The notes beneath the pieces were generated by a model, which was not told where the DNA came from, did no database searches, and was given only the letters and a program-made list of their open reading frames with translations. Of a DNA stretch of 64,000 nucleotides, positions 9,364 through 17,960 are shown in pieces. The translations under genes were made by a program, and so were the position numbers. Source of the stretch: a virus (taxonomy: Duplodnaviria; Caudoviricetes). Each line of letters opens with the position of its first letter. The first letter of the stretch is position 1. The stretch lies in the IMG/VR virus record IMGVR_UViG_2895427314_000003, positions 1 to 64,000 of that record, one strand, 5' to 3'.

Positions 9364-9522
9364 ATGACCGACATCGACGACCTGTATGAGCCGGGCGACG
9401 ACCGCGACTGGACCTTGGACGAGCTGGCCGAACGCGCACTGGTGGACACAGACCCGTTGACGCCTTGCCGGGACGGCCCGTGTCTGTGCCATCCGATCGT
9501 CGCTGACGACGACCCGTTCTGA
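9364..9522 (+). CDS. Small acidic hypothetical protein (52 aa)
   Basis: AGGAG RBS; MTDIDDLYEPGDDRDW... Confidence 0.55.
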   Translation: MTDIDDLYEPGDDRDWTLDELAERALVDTDPLTPCRDGPCLCHPIVADDDPF

Positions 9523-9530
9523 TCTTCCCT

Positions 9531-9573
9531 CCGTCACGTCCCCGCCATCTATCGGGGGTCGGGGACGTGACGG
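9531..9573 (+). terminator. Perfect 14-bp hairpin
   Basis: CCGTCACGTCCCCG-N15-CGGGGACGTGACGG directly after a stop codon. Confidence 0.6.
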
Positions 9574-9612
9574 CACACAACCAGATGTTCACCTGACCAA
9601 GGAGGCAGGATC

Positions 9613-10416
9613 ATGGCAGCAATAACGCCGCGCGATCTGGACAACGAACAGCGCGAGAGGCACCGCCAGGAGCGGGAGCGCCATGTCTACGTGATCGAGT
9701 TCGCAAGCAACACCGTGAAAGTGGGACAGGCCAAGCAAGCGCACAAGCGCCTGTCCGAGCACGCGAAGAGCGCGGCACGGCACGGCGATTCTGTGACCCG
9801 CTCGTGGTTCTCCGACCCGCATACCGGCTACCAGGTGAATGAGCGCGCCCTGATCGACTTCTGCGCCGAGCGCTGGCCGCGCACGGCTGGCGTGGAGTAC
9901 TTCCAGGGCGCGGACTTCGATCAGGTCGTTGAGTACGCGCTCGGGCTGCCAGTGGTTCGACTCACGCCAGCCGAACTGGATGAACTCCTCACCAGTAGCA
10001 AGGCCATGTATCGCTCGGTGGAAGAGCAGCGGGTGCGCACAGCGACTCGGGCTCGGATGAGCCAGTTGGGGGACCGGCTGGCGATCGTCGGAACGCTCTA
10101 CAACGACGGCAATGCGCCAGAAGCGCTGAGCATGGCGCTGGATCTCGGCAAGCAGATGATGGCCCACGCCATCATGCCGTGGTCGGAGACCGACCCAACC
10201 GCCGCGGAGCGTTACCTGATTGGGCGCGGAATCGAACCAGCCGAGGCATGCCAGATGGCGAGGGCGTTCGAGATCGAGATGTGCGCGATCTACGCGATCA
10301 CGGGTGAGGACATCCCAACTGCGTTCGAGGACATCGCCCGACTTGCCGACGAGATCGTTCAGACCCTTCCCCTCGACCCTCCCGGCTGGCCTGAGCTTCC
10401 CCTGGACGGTGCCTGA
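9613..10416 (+). CDS. GIY-YIG/T5orf172-like domain protein
   Basis: HVYVIEF...VKVGQA.....RL..H and final GVEYF motif; strong AAGGAGG RBS. Confidence 0.75.
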   Translation: MAAITPRDLDNEQRERHRQERERHVYVIEFASNTVKVGQAKQAHKRLSEHAKSAARHGDSVTRSWFSDPHTGYQVNERALIDFCAERWPRTAGVEYFQGADFDQVVEYALGLPVVRLTPAELDELLTSSKAMYRSVEEQRVRTATRARMSQLGDRLAIVGTLYNDGNAPEALSMALDLGKQMMAHAIMPWSETDPTAAERYLIGRGIEPAEACQMARAFEIEMCAIYAITGEDIPTAFEDIARLADEIVQTLPLDPPGWPELPLDGA

Positions 10417-10811
10417 TGCCCGAGACAACCTTCCTCGACATCCCTGAGCGTGTCGCTCGCGGTGCCGCCCTACTGGACGAGAAGCGCCCCGGCTGGTGGC
10501 AGCGGATCCACCTGGACACGCTCAACATCAACGACTGCGGCGAGTGCGTCATCGGCCAGCTTTACACCGATCCCCTCCACTACGACGATGAGCAGTTCGA
10601 CGAAGGGGCGATCGACCTCGTAGGCGAGAACGCCTACGACAACAACCCGCACGCTCCCGCTCTGGTTGAGCACGGCTTCTCCCTTGAGCGCGGCGCTGCT
10701 GTCGGAGGAAACGAAAGGTACGAGAGGTGGGCGGCCCTGACCGCCGAGTGGAAGCGCGTCATCAGCGAGCGGCGCGAGTCGCTCGGGGTCCCCTCTGGCG
10801 GTGAGTCGTGA
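10416..10811 (+). CDS. Hypothetical protein
   Basis: TGATG overlap; typical actinophage ERVARGAALLDEKRPGW start. Confidence 0.75.
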   Translation: MPETTFLDIPERVARGAALLDEKRPGWWQRIHLDTLNINDCGECVIGQLYTDPLHYDDEQFDEGAIDLVGENAYDNNPHAPALVEHGFSLERGAAVGGNERYERWAALTAEWKRVISERRESLGVPSGGES

Positions 10812-11317
10812 GCACCCGCCCGCTGATCCTGCTGGACGTGGACGGCGTCCTCAACGTCCTCACCATCGACCCGGGCCCCGGCTGGGAGCGCCACACCTGC
10901 CAAAGCTGGAACGGCACCTACCGGGTGCGACTCAACCCGTCCCACGGGCCGATGCTGCTGGAGCTGGCCGAGCAGACCGGCGCCGAGCTGGTGTGGGCGA
11001 CCACGTGGACGGACGACGCCAACCGCGAGATCGGCCCGAAGATCGGCCTTCCGAAGCTGCCCGTTATCGACGTCATGTCGGGCGACGAAGCGGCGTGGGT
11101 GAACACGAAGGTGCCGCCCGTCGCCATGTACATCAACAGCAGGCCGTTCGTGTGGTTCGACGACGACCTTGATGCCGTAGACCGCGCCTACCTGGCCGAT
11201 CACGCAGGCGTCGGCGACTTCCTGATCGTGGACATCCCTGCTGACTCGGGGCTGTCCGCCGAGCACCTGCAGATGGCCGCCGACTGGCTGTCCTCTCTCG
11301 CCGCCCCTCGCTCCTGA
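10808..11317 (+). CDS. HAD-superfamily phosphatase (Swiss-army-knife RNA-repair-like HAD family)
   Basis: LILLDVDGVLN, LVWATTW and FVWFDDD motifs. Confidence 0.88.
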   Translation: MSTRPLILLDVDGVLNVLTIDPGPGWERHTCQSWNGTYRVRLNPSHGPMLLELAEQTGAELVWATTWTDDANREIGPKIGLPKLPVIDVMSGDEAAWVNTKVPPVAMYINSRPFVWFDDDLDAVDRAYLADHAGVGDFLIVDIPADSGLSAEHLQMAADWLSSLAAPRS

Positions 11318-11324
11318 CTCTTCC

Positions 11325-11359
11325 GTGCTCGCTCTCCTACGGGGGTCGGGCGAGCGCAC
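11325..11359 (+). terminator. GC-rich hairpin
   Basis: GTGCTCGCTC-N13-GGGCGAGCGCAC after a stop codon. Confidence 0.5.
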
Positions 11360-11397
11360 TGCACCACTCCGAACAAGCGCACCAACAGGAGATCACT

Positions 11398-11838
11398 TTG
11401 AGCACCACGGACCAGATTCTCGGACCGAACATCGATCACTTCACGCCTGAGCCTCTGCCGCTGACCAAGCTGTACGCCGACCACCTCAACAAGAGGCTCG
11501 CCGAGCTTGAAATGGACATCTCCTGGCTCGACGAACGCGAGGCCCTCCTTCAAGACGACCTCACCGCCTGCCGGGCCACCAGGGCGACTCTCGCCGACAC
11601 CCGTGCCCGATACCGCAGAGACCTGGGGTCGCAGTACCAGCCGTCCGCCGAGCAGCCGGTGTGGCCGGTGAAGGCGGGGGAGCGCGGCCACACGGCGGAG
11701 AAGTGCCCGAAGTGCGGCGACCCGATGTTCATGACCGCGAAGTACGGCAACGTCCACGAGACCGCAGGAGATCAGGGCCTGCTGTGGGTGGCGGCCGGCG
11801 AGTGGTGCCAGCAGCAGGGCGAGGTGTCGGAGTCGTGA
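11398..11838 (+). CDS. Hypothetical protein (coiled coil plus CPKC zinc ribbon)
   Basis: AGGAG RBS, TTG start. Confidence 0.7.
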   Translation: MSTTDQILGPNIDHFTPEPLPLTKLYADHLNKRLAELEMDISWLDEREALLQDDLTACRATRATLADTRARYRRDLGSQYQPSAEQPVWPVKAGERGHTAEKCPKCGDPMFMTAKYGNVHETAGDQGLLWVAAGEWCQQQGEVSES

Positions 11839-12089
11839 CCGGGCGCCGTCTCGCCGTGTTACCGGCCGCGCCGTTCGCCCGCCACCAGGGCCGCCATCGT
11901 CGCCGTCACTTCGCCTCTCACGGCTCCACGACCGGTTGGGCTGCTCTTGCGCACCTGGTTCCCGCCCAGCGGGAGGAGACGTTCACCAAGCCTCGACGCA
12001 CCCCGCTCGTGGTGCTCCCGCTCGCCCAGGACGAGCTGATCCCCTTCGCCGACTACCGGCACCCCTACTCCCCGAAGGATGCGGCATGA
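11835..12089 (+). CDS. Hypothetical protein
   Basis: GTGA/ATGA overlaps. Confidence 0.55.
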   Translation: MTGRRLAVLPAAPFARHQGRHRRRHFASHGSTTGWAALAHLVPAQREETFTKPRRTPLVVLPLAQDELIPFADYRHPYSPKDAA

Positions 12090-12679
12090 GCACCGAAACC
12101 CCCGAGACGCCCGCGACGACGAACCCGTACCAGGCCAAGCGCGAGGCCGTGGCCCGCGCCGTTACGGCGTGGCAGCGCCAGGCGGCCGAAGTCGACGAGG
12201 CGGGCGACCGTGAGCCCACCGCCATGGAGGACGCCGACGACCTGGAGGACTGCCTCAACGACGAGGGCATGATCCTTCTGCCCCGCTCAACCGGCCACGG
12301 CAAGTGGCGGGTCCTGGTGGACGGCCAGCCCGCCCCGTACCCCGGGCAGGACGCGCCGTCGCACCCGATGGGTGCCGAAGAGGCCATGGAGGCTTTCGCG
12401 GTCGCCACAGCGGCCGACTACCACGGCGAGAAGCAGATCGTGGTCCGGCCCGCGACCGAGCGGGAGATGGTCACGTCGGCCGTCATCGGTGACGCCACGG
12501 TCCATGAGGATCCGGTGAGGATCGCGCCCACCGTGTTCATGGTGGAGACCGAGGAGAACGTCGGCGCGACCCTGGTCCGGATGATCGACAAGGACGGGCG
12601 TGAGGTCCTGGTCGGGCTCGACGACAACACGCGGCGGGTGCTCACGTCACTGCTCAACCGTGCGGATGGTGCGGCATGA
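12086..12679 (+). CDS. Hypothetical protein
   Basis: Overlap chain. Confidence 0.75.
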   Translation: MSTETPETPATTNPYQAKREAVARAVTAWQRQAAEVDEAGDREPTAMEDADDLEDCLNDEGMILLPRSTGHGKWRVLVDGQPAPYPGQDAPSHPMGAEEAMEAFAVATAADYHGEKQIVVRPATEREMVTSAVIGDATVHEDPVRIAPTVFMVETEENVGATLVRMIDKDGREVLVGLDDNTRRVLTSLLNRADGAA

Positions 12680-13332
12680 CCGTCCCAGCCTCAGACCGGG
12701 AAATGTCCTTCTGGCCCACTCCGGCCGAGGTCGCCGACGATCTCGTGTACTGGCTGATGGAACCGTGGCACGCCCTCGGTGATGGCGTCCGTGTGCTCGA
12801 ACCCTCCGCAGGCGAGGGGCACCTTGTCCGCGCGATCCGGGAGCGCCTGCCCGAAGCGCACATCACGGCGGTCGAGCCCAGCGAGACACGGGCTGCGGCC
12901 CTGCGCGCGACGCCTGGCATCGAGGTCGTGCAGACCACCCTGGAGTTGTACCTCGCCGACGTCACGCGGCAGGCGACCAGCGGGGCGTGGCAGCCCTTCC
13001 ATCTGGTGGTCATGAACCCGCCGTTCACCCTGCCGGACCGCCGCGAGGCATGGGCCGAACACGTGCTGGAGTGTTACCACCATCCGCACCTGCTCGCGCC
13101 GTATGGCGTCATCGGCGCGGTGGTTCCCCGCATCGTGATGACCGGCCGCTCCAAGCTCGTACAAAAGGTGCGCGGACTCCTCGACGAATGCGGAAGGGCG
13201 CGATCGTGCGAACGAGGCGCCTTCTCCGGCATGGGGGCCAAGGTCAGCACGGCACTGATCTGGACGCAGAAGCCCTACGAGGAAGCCGAGCCGTCGGGCC
13301 AGCTTGACCTGTTCTCCGGGGTGGCGTCATGA
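12676..13332 (+). CDS. DNA adenine (N6) methyltransferase, gamma-like
   Basis: VLEPSAGEG SAM-binding motif followed by VMNPPF catalytic motif. Confidence 0.88.
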   Translation: MTVPASDREMSFWPTPAEVADDLVYWLMEPWHALGDGVRVLEPSAGEGHLVRAIRERLPEAHITAVEPSETRAAALRATPGIEVVQTTLELYLADVTRQATSGAWQPFHLVVMNPPFTLPDRREAWAEHVLECYHHPHLLAPYGVIGAVVPRIVMTGRSKLVQKVRGLLDECGRARSCERGAFSGMGAKVSTALIWTQKPYEEAEPSGQLDLFSGVAS

Positions 13333-13769
13333 GCGACATCACCCCCGAGAAGGTCGCCGCGACACCGCCAACCCCGGAGAACGTCGCCGAGATGCTCACC
13401 TCAGGCGACAACGACTACCACGACGGCAACTACTGGCACCCGTCGATCGGCGCCGCAGGCAACGTCGTCCACATCGGCATCACGGCCTACAGCGAGGACG
13501 GCGAGAAGCTGCCCGAGCAGCACTTCCGGGCGGTCGTCGTCGAGGGCGAGACGGTCCCGATCGTGCTGGAGGCTCCCGCTGAACTCGGCATGGGATGGCA
13601 TGACGGCGGTGACATGCTGGCTCTCCTCGACCAGGGCATCACGATCTTCCCTGGTGGCGCTGACGAGTGGGTGATCCCTCCGTCTCAGGCCCGCGAGATG
13701 GCCGCGCAGTTGGCGGCGATGGCTGACGCTCGGGAGGCCGCTCAGGCTCAGACGGGCGGTGCCCAGTGA
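13329..13769 (+). CDS. Hypothetical protein
   Basis: Overlap chain. Confidence 0.75.
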   Translation: MSDITPEKVAATPPTPENVAEMLTSGDNDYHDGNYWHPSIGAAGNVVHIGITAYSEDGEKLPEQHFRAVVVEGETVPIVLEAPAELGMGWHDGGDMLALLDQGITIFPGGADEWVIPPSQAREMAAQLAAMADAREAAQAQTGGAQ

Positions 13770-14092
13770 GCCGCCACGTCATCCCCAACGCTCCCGGGTC
13801 ACCCGACCAGCGTGTGACTACGGTCGGCTGGGACGCCCCGCTCACCACGTTCTTCGCGATGGCGTTCGACGGCGACGACGAAGTGTTCTGGCTCGGCATG
13901 ATGCCGCGCGAGATCCCGACGCTCGGCGCTCTCACTGAGGCGCTCGAACCGCACCACGTGGCCGTCCCGGACGATGTCCTCCACCAGCTCCTCGCCGACA
14001 AGCACAGCGAGGGCGACCGGTCGGACAACGTGGGCCGGCGGCTCGTGGACGCGATCCTCGCCGAGCAGAACGGCGGTGCCTCCGATGTCTGA
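13766..14092 (+). CDS. Hypothetical protein
   Basis: Overlap chain. Confidence 0.7.
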   Translation: MSRHVIPNAPGSPDQRVTTVGWDAPLTTFFAMAFDGDDEVFWLGMMPREIPTLGALTEALEPHHVAVPDDVLHQLLADKHSEGDRSDNVGRRLVDAILAEQNGGASDV

Positions 14093-14444
14093 GCCGATCA
14101 CCCCCGAGAAGGTCGCCCACCTGAAGGACCTCCTGACGTCTGTCGGGGGCCTCCCGTGGTTCCTGTCGGACTGCGAGGGCGACATGCGAATCTGGCGCGA
14201 GTCCGCTCTCACGCACGTCACCCGGGGCGAGGACGGCGACATCGAGGGCTACCGCACCCCCGGCTCGTACCAGCGCAACGACCTGATCGCCGACTGGGAT
14301 CTGGACACGTGGGACGAGGGGGAGGACGAGGACGACGACGAGCGGCGGCACATGGCCGAACTCATCGTCGAGGCGGTCAACGCCCTGCCTGCTCTTCTCG
14401 CCCTCGCTGAGGCCGCTCAGGCAGAGCAGGAGCGGCAGCCGTGA
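14085..14444 (+). CDS. Hypothetical protein
   Basis: Overlap chain; N-terminus shared with the 13329 gene. Confidence 0.7.
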   Translation: MSEPITPEKVAHLKDLLTSVGGLPWFLSDCEGDMRIWRESALTHVTRGEDGDIEGYRTPGSYQRNDLIADWDLDTWDEGEDEDDDERRHMAELIVEAVNALPALLALAEAAQAEQERQP

Positions 14445-15103
14445 CCTCCCTAGACCGGAACACGCCGCCGCTGTCCGTCGAGCGCCTCACGGAGATCCGG
14501 GCGCTCCCGTACCACGCTGAGGTGCACCTGCTGGAGCAGGTCCGTGTGGGCCTCCTCTCCGAGGTGGACCGCCTCAACGCCTACGTCAACTCGATCGACC
14601 GTCTCAACGAGATTGCGGACGCCGACTGGAAGCAGGAGGTGGACCGCCTCAAGGCTCAGGTGCGCCGTCTTGAGGCGGACGCCAAGCGGGACGAGCACAC
14701 CACAGGCCAACTCATCGACGAGCGGGACAACCTGCATGCGCTCCTCGACAAGTTCGCCGAGAAGGTCGCTCCCCTCGAGGTGATCGGCGAGCACTCCTCC
14801 GGTAACGACCCGTGGCTGAACGCGATGGACTTGGTCACCCCAGCTGCCGAGGTGGACCGTCTGAGAGCCGCTGTAGAGCTGCTCGGGACTGAACTCCAGC
14901 GCGGCTCCACAGCATTCACGGACCGTCTGCGCCAGCTCGCCGCCGAGCGGGACCAGGCCCGCGAGTCCGCCAAGCACCTGGCTGGCGCTTTGGCCAAGGT
15001 CGGCGTTGCGGTGGAGCAGGCGATGCGCCTCGCTGCTGCTGGTGACGCCGCAGGCGCTGCTGCTGTCCTGGGTGATGTCGCCTCCGAGGAGGTGGCTCCG
15101 TGA
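14441..15103 (+). CDS. Coiled-coil hypothetical protein
   Basis: Heptad-rich sequence; overlap chain. Confidence 0.75.
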   Translation: MTSLDRNTPPLSVERLTEIRALPYHAEVHLLEQVRVGLLSEVDRLNAYVNSIDRLNEIADADWKQEVDRLKAQVRRLEADAKRDEHTTGQLIDERDNLHALLDKFAEKVAPLEVIGEHSSGNDPWLNAMDLVTPAAEVDRLRAAVELLGTELQRGSTAFTDRLRQLAAERDQARESAKHLAGALAKVGVAVEQAMRLAAAGDAAGAAAVLGDVASEEVAP

Positions 15104-15306
15104 TCGCCGTTGGGCAGGCTGTCGTGGCCGTCTACGTGGCGGCTGTGTTCGGCGCGATGGCGGGTGTGGTCGCCACCATCACCTACCGGGGTGACCGGCG
15201 TCGGGCAGCGGACACCCGAGAGGCGTCCCAGCGCGTGCCGGTGGATCACCTCCTGCGCGACGGTGGCGGACGGTCCCGCGGGCGGGGGCGTGGTCGTCGT
15301 GGCTAA
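15100..15306 (+). CDS. Small membrane protein
   Basis: N-terminal hydrophobic helix; GTGA overlap. Confidence 0.55.
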   Translation: MIAVGQAVVAVYVAAVFGAMAGVVATITYRGDRRRAADTREASQRVPVDHLLRDGGGRSRGRGRGRRG

Positions 15307-15460
15307 CCCGCTGAAGAAGATCCGTAAGGCGCTCACGCCGAAGCCGCGCACTGACGAGCAGGGTCGTGACGTCCAGCCGCCGACCCGCCTGACGAAGATC
15401 CTGCGCCAGCACATGGAGGACGAGGTTCGCCGCCAGGAGCAGCGCGGAGGCGACCGGTGA
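15299..15460 (+). CDS. Small basic hypothetical protein
   Basis: GTG start, MANPLKKIRKALTPKP... Confidence 0.5.
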   Translation: MANPLKKIRKALTPKPRTDEQGRDVQPPTRLTKILRQHMEDEVRRQEQRGGDR

Positions 15461-15604
15461 CCGCCCTGACGCTGCTCGGCTGCGCCCTGATCCTCTTCGG
15501 CTCCTACCTCACCGCCGGATCCCTACTGCTGGCCTGGATCCACTCCTGGGCGCAGAAGAGGGAGCCGGTCGCCGATCTCTACGACGTGTGGGAGGAGGCC
15601 GACG

Positions 15605-16621
15605 ATGACCGTGCTGGAGGCCACTGACTTGTTCGCTGGTGGCGGCGGCTCTTCCGAAGGGCTGGCGCAGGCTGGCTACTTCGTGGCGATCGCCGCGAAC
15701 CACGAGCGCATCCCGGTGGCCACACACCAGCTCAACCACCCGGACACCGAGCACCGGATCGCGAACCTGTCGGAGGTGGACTGGCGGACCTTCCCTGCCA
15801 CCGACGTGCTGTGGGCGTCTCCGAGCTGCGTGTGGCATGCCCGCTCGGGCGGCCGGCGTCGTCCGCCGGCTGAGGTGGAGAAGTTGCGCGAGGACGCCGG
15901 GGCGATCGACCGGGCCACGGCTTTCGCGGTCATCGCCGCGGCCGAGGTCCACAAGTACCCGGTGGTCCTGGTGGAGAACGTGCCGGAGTTCCAGGACTGG
16001 ACGTTGTACGGCTGGTGGCTGGACGGGCTGCGGTCGCTCGGTTACGACCGGATCACGCCGCTGTTGCTCGACGCCGCCGACTACGGGCACGCCCAGCACC
16101 GGATCCGGCTGTTCATCGTCGCCACCCGCAACGGTTTGGCTGTGGACCTGACCCCGCCCGGCATGGCGCGCGTGCCGGCGTCCGCGATCCTCGACGACGA
16201 CCCGGGCAAGCTCGTCACTCGCCCGCTGTACGTGTCGCCGCAGATCGCCCAGATCCGCGACGAGGACGTGCCGCACCTGGTGACGTACCGGCGCAACGCC
16301 AAGGCCAAGCGCGCCGATCGGCATCCGATCGCCTGCGTCACCGCGGGAGGCAACCACCACGCCGTCGCCACCGTTCGTGAAGGGCGGGCTTGGCATCGGC
16401 TGCTGACCAACCGCGAGTGCGCCCGCGCTCAGGGCTTCCCGGACTCGTACGAGTTCGTCGGCGACGGCAAGCAGGTCAAGAAGCAGATCGGCAACGCCGT
16501 CCCGGTCGGCATCGCCCGTTGGCTGGGCGAGCGCGTCGCCGCGGCAATGAGAGGCGAGTCCACTGCGTCGGCGATCCAGTCGGTCGCCTACCAGCCCTCC
16601 CTGTTCGAGGAGGTGGCCTAG
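15605..16621 (+). CDS. DNA (cytosine-5) methyltransferase
   Basis: DLFAGGGGSSEG (motif I), ASPSC (IV), ENV (VI), QHRIRLF (VIII), QIGNAVP (X). Confidence 0.93.
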   Translation: MTVLEATDLFAGGGGSSEGLAQAGYFVAIAANHERIPVATHQLNHPDTEHRIANLSEVDWRTFPATDVLWASPSCVWHARSGGRRRPPAEVEKLREDAGAIDRATAFAVIAAAEVHKYPVVLVENVPEFQDWTLYGWWLDGLRSLGYDRITPLLLDAADYGHAQHRIRLFIVATRNGLAVDLTPPGMARVPASAILDDDPGKLVTRPLYVSPQIAQIRDEDVPHLVTYRRNAKAKRADRHPIACVTAGGNHHAVATVREGRAWHRLLTNRECARAQGFPDSYEFVGDGKQVKKQIGNAVPVGIARWLGERVAAAMRGESTASAIQSVAYQPSLFEEVA

Positions 16622-16779
16622 GTGCTCCCTGAGTGCTGCGAGAAGGCCGTGGAGCGCGGCGAGTACGACGAGCACCGCCTGGTGTGCGTGCACCGCTCTC
16701 CGGCCCCAGTGGAGGAGCCGGAGACAGAGCCCCTGTTCGACATCGACCCGCCCAAGACCGAGGAAGGAGGGCCGCTGCT

Positions 16780-17106
16780 GTGACCATCCCCGAGCCTGAG
16801 ATGCGAGTCACCCGCTACGAGTTCTGCTGCCTGCCCGAAGGCCATATCGACGCCCCGCACTTCACGATCTCCGTCGAGTATCGGGGGCGCGGTTTGTGGG
16901 CGGTTCTCGACGGGCCTTTCGCTCTCGACGCGGACGGCCGCAAGGACTACGAGCCGCGCCCGTCGTCGCGGGAGGACGACTGGCTGGCCACGCACCGGTT
17001 CGACCTGGACACCGCGAAGCGGATCGCGGTGAAGGCCGCCAAGGTCCAGACGGTCAACGGCCACACGGTGGCGGACGTGCTCCAAAAGGGCGCGGCAGAT
17101 GCCTGA
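16780..17106 (+). CDS. Hypothetical protein
   Basis: GGAGG RBS, GTGA overlap. Confidence 0.7.
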   Translation: MTIPEPEMRVTRYEFCCLPEGHIDAPHFTISVEYRGRGLWAVLDGPFALDADGRKDYEPRPSSREDDWLATHRFDLDTAKRIAVKAAKVQTVNGHTVADVLQKGAADA

Positions 17107-17305
17107 CTATCCCCTGATCGACGTGTGGGCGGTCCTCCGCGACCCGGACATCCCCGCAGCGGTGGGGCAGCGGCTGCTCGACCGCCAGAGGGCCGTGAGC
17201 GCCGGGGAGACGCCGGCGGTGTGCCCGGAGGAGGACAAGCCGTTCCTGGCCCGTCACATCGTCCCTGCTTTTCCCGTACAGGACTCTCCCGAGGAGGCGC
17301 TGTGA
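17099..17305 (+). CDS. Hypothetical protein
   Basis: Overlap chain. Confidence 0.6.
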   Translation: MPDYPLIDVWAVLRDPDIPAAVGQRLLDRQRAVSAGETPAVCPEEDKPFLARHIVPAFPVQDSPEEAL

Positions 17306-17706
17306 TGCTGCACCTCGTCCAACTCGACTGCGACCCGACGCACCTGTTCCGCGCCCTGAAGCAGGCCGGGATGAGGCCGACGCCTCCAGAGCCGTTCGGC
17401 CCGTGCGGCGTGGTCCTCCTGCTGCGGGACCTCTCGGGAACGCCAGCGGGGAAGGTGATCGTCACCCAAGGACCGCTCGACGACACCGAGTGGTTGCACG
17501 CCTCCATCTCGTGGCGGGACCGGATGCCCACCTACGACGAGCTGACGGTGGTGAAGGCGGGAGTGTTCGGCCCCGAGCGGGAGGCGTACCAGGTGTTCCC
17601 GCCGCAGGACCGGCACGTCAACATCCACAACTTCGCCCTCCACCTGTGGGGGAGAGCGGACGGTGTTCGGGTCCTGCCGGACTTCGGCCAGTGGGGGACG
17701 ATCTGA
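17305..17706 (+). CDS. Conserved phage protein (WLHASIS / HVNIHNFALHLW motifs)
   Basis: His-rich motif pattern widespread in phages; function unknown. Confidence 0.75.
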   Translation: MLHLVQLDCDPTHLFRALKQAGMRPTPPEPFGPCGVVLLLRDLSGTPAGKVIVTQGPLDDTEWLHASISWRDRMPTYDELTVVKAGVFGPEREAYQVFPPQDRHVNIHNFALHLWGRADGVRVLPDFGQWGTI

Positions 17707-17960
17707 TGCCGCGGCCCACCTTCACCGAGTGGACGGAGATCCGCCTGATCGGCTCTCAGGCGGCCGTTGACGGCGCTGACCGCATTCTTCGCGAGACGGG
17801 CGCCGAGATCGCCACCGACAGCGGCACACAGCCCGCCCGCAAGGGCGGAGACGGAAAGGTCCGCCGCTACGTCGTGGCCCGCCTCGCCGAGTCTCCGGAC
17901 GTTTCCAGAACGGTTCGGAACAGCTCGGAACGATCCCGAACGGAGGCGAATGATGCCTAG
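17706..17960 (+). CDS. Hypothetical protein
   Basis: TGATG overlap. Confidence 0.65.
   Translation: MPRPTFTEWTEIRLIGSQAAVDGADRILRETGAEIATDSGTQPARKGGDGKVRRYVVARLAESPDVSRTVRNSSERSRTEANDA

Noticed and set aside
4130-11134. Additional operator-like (C/G)ATGTAC hits inside genes (4130, 7867, 11125 and others)
   Set aside because: Readily explained by Met-Tyr codons (ATG TAC) in the coding frame; no positional pattern
17767-17949. 5' extension of the helicase-methyltransferase ORF
   Set aside because: Overlaps a genuine upstream gene out of frame; the GGAGG RBS supports ATG 17950/17953
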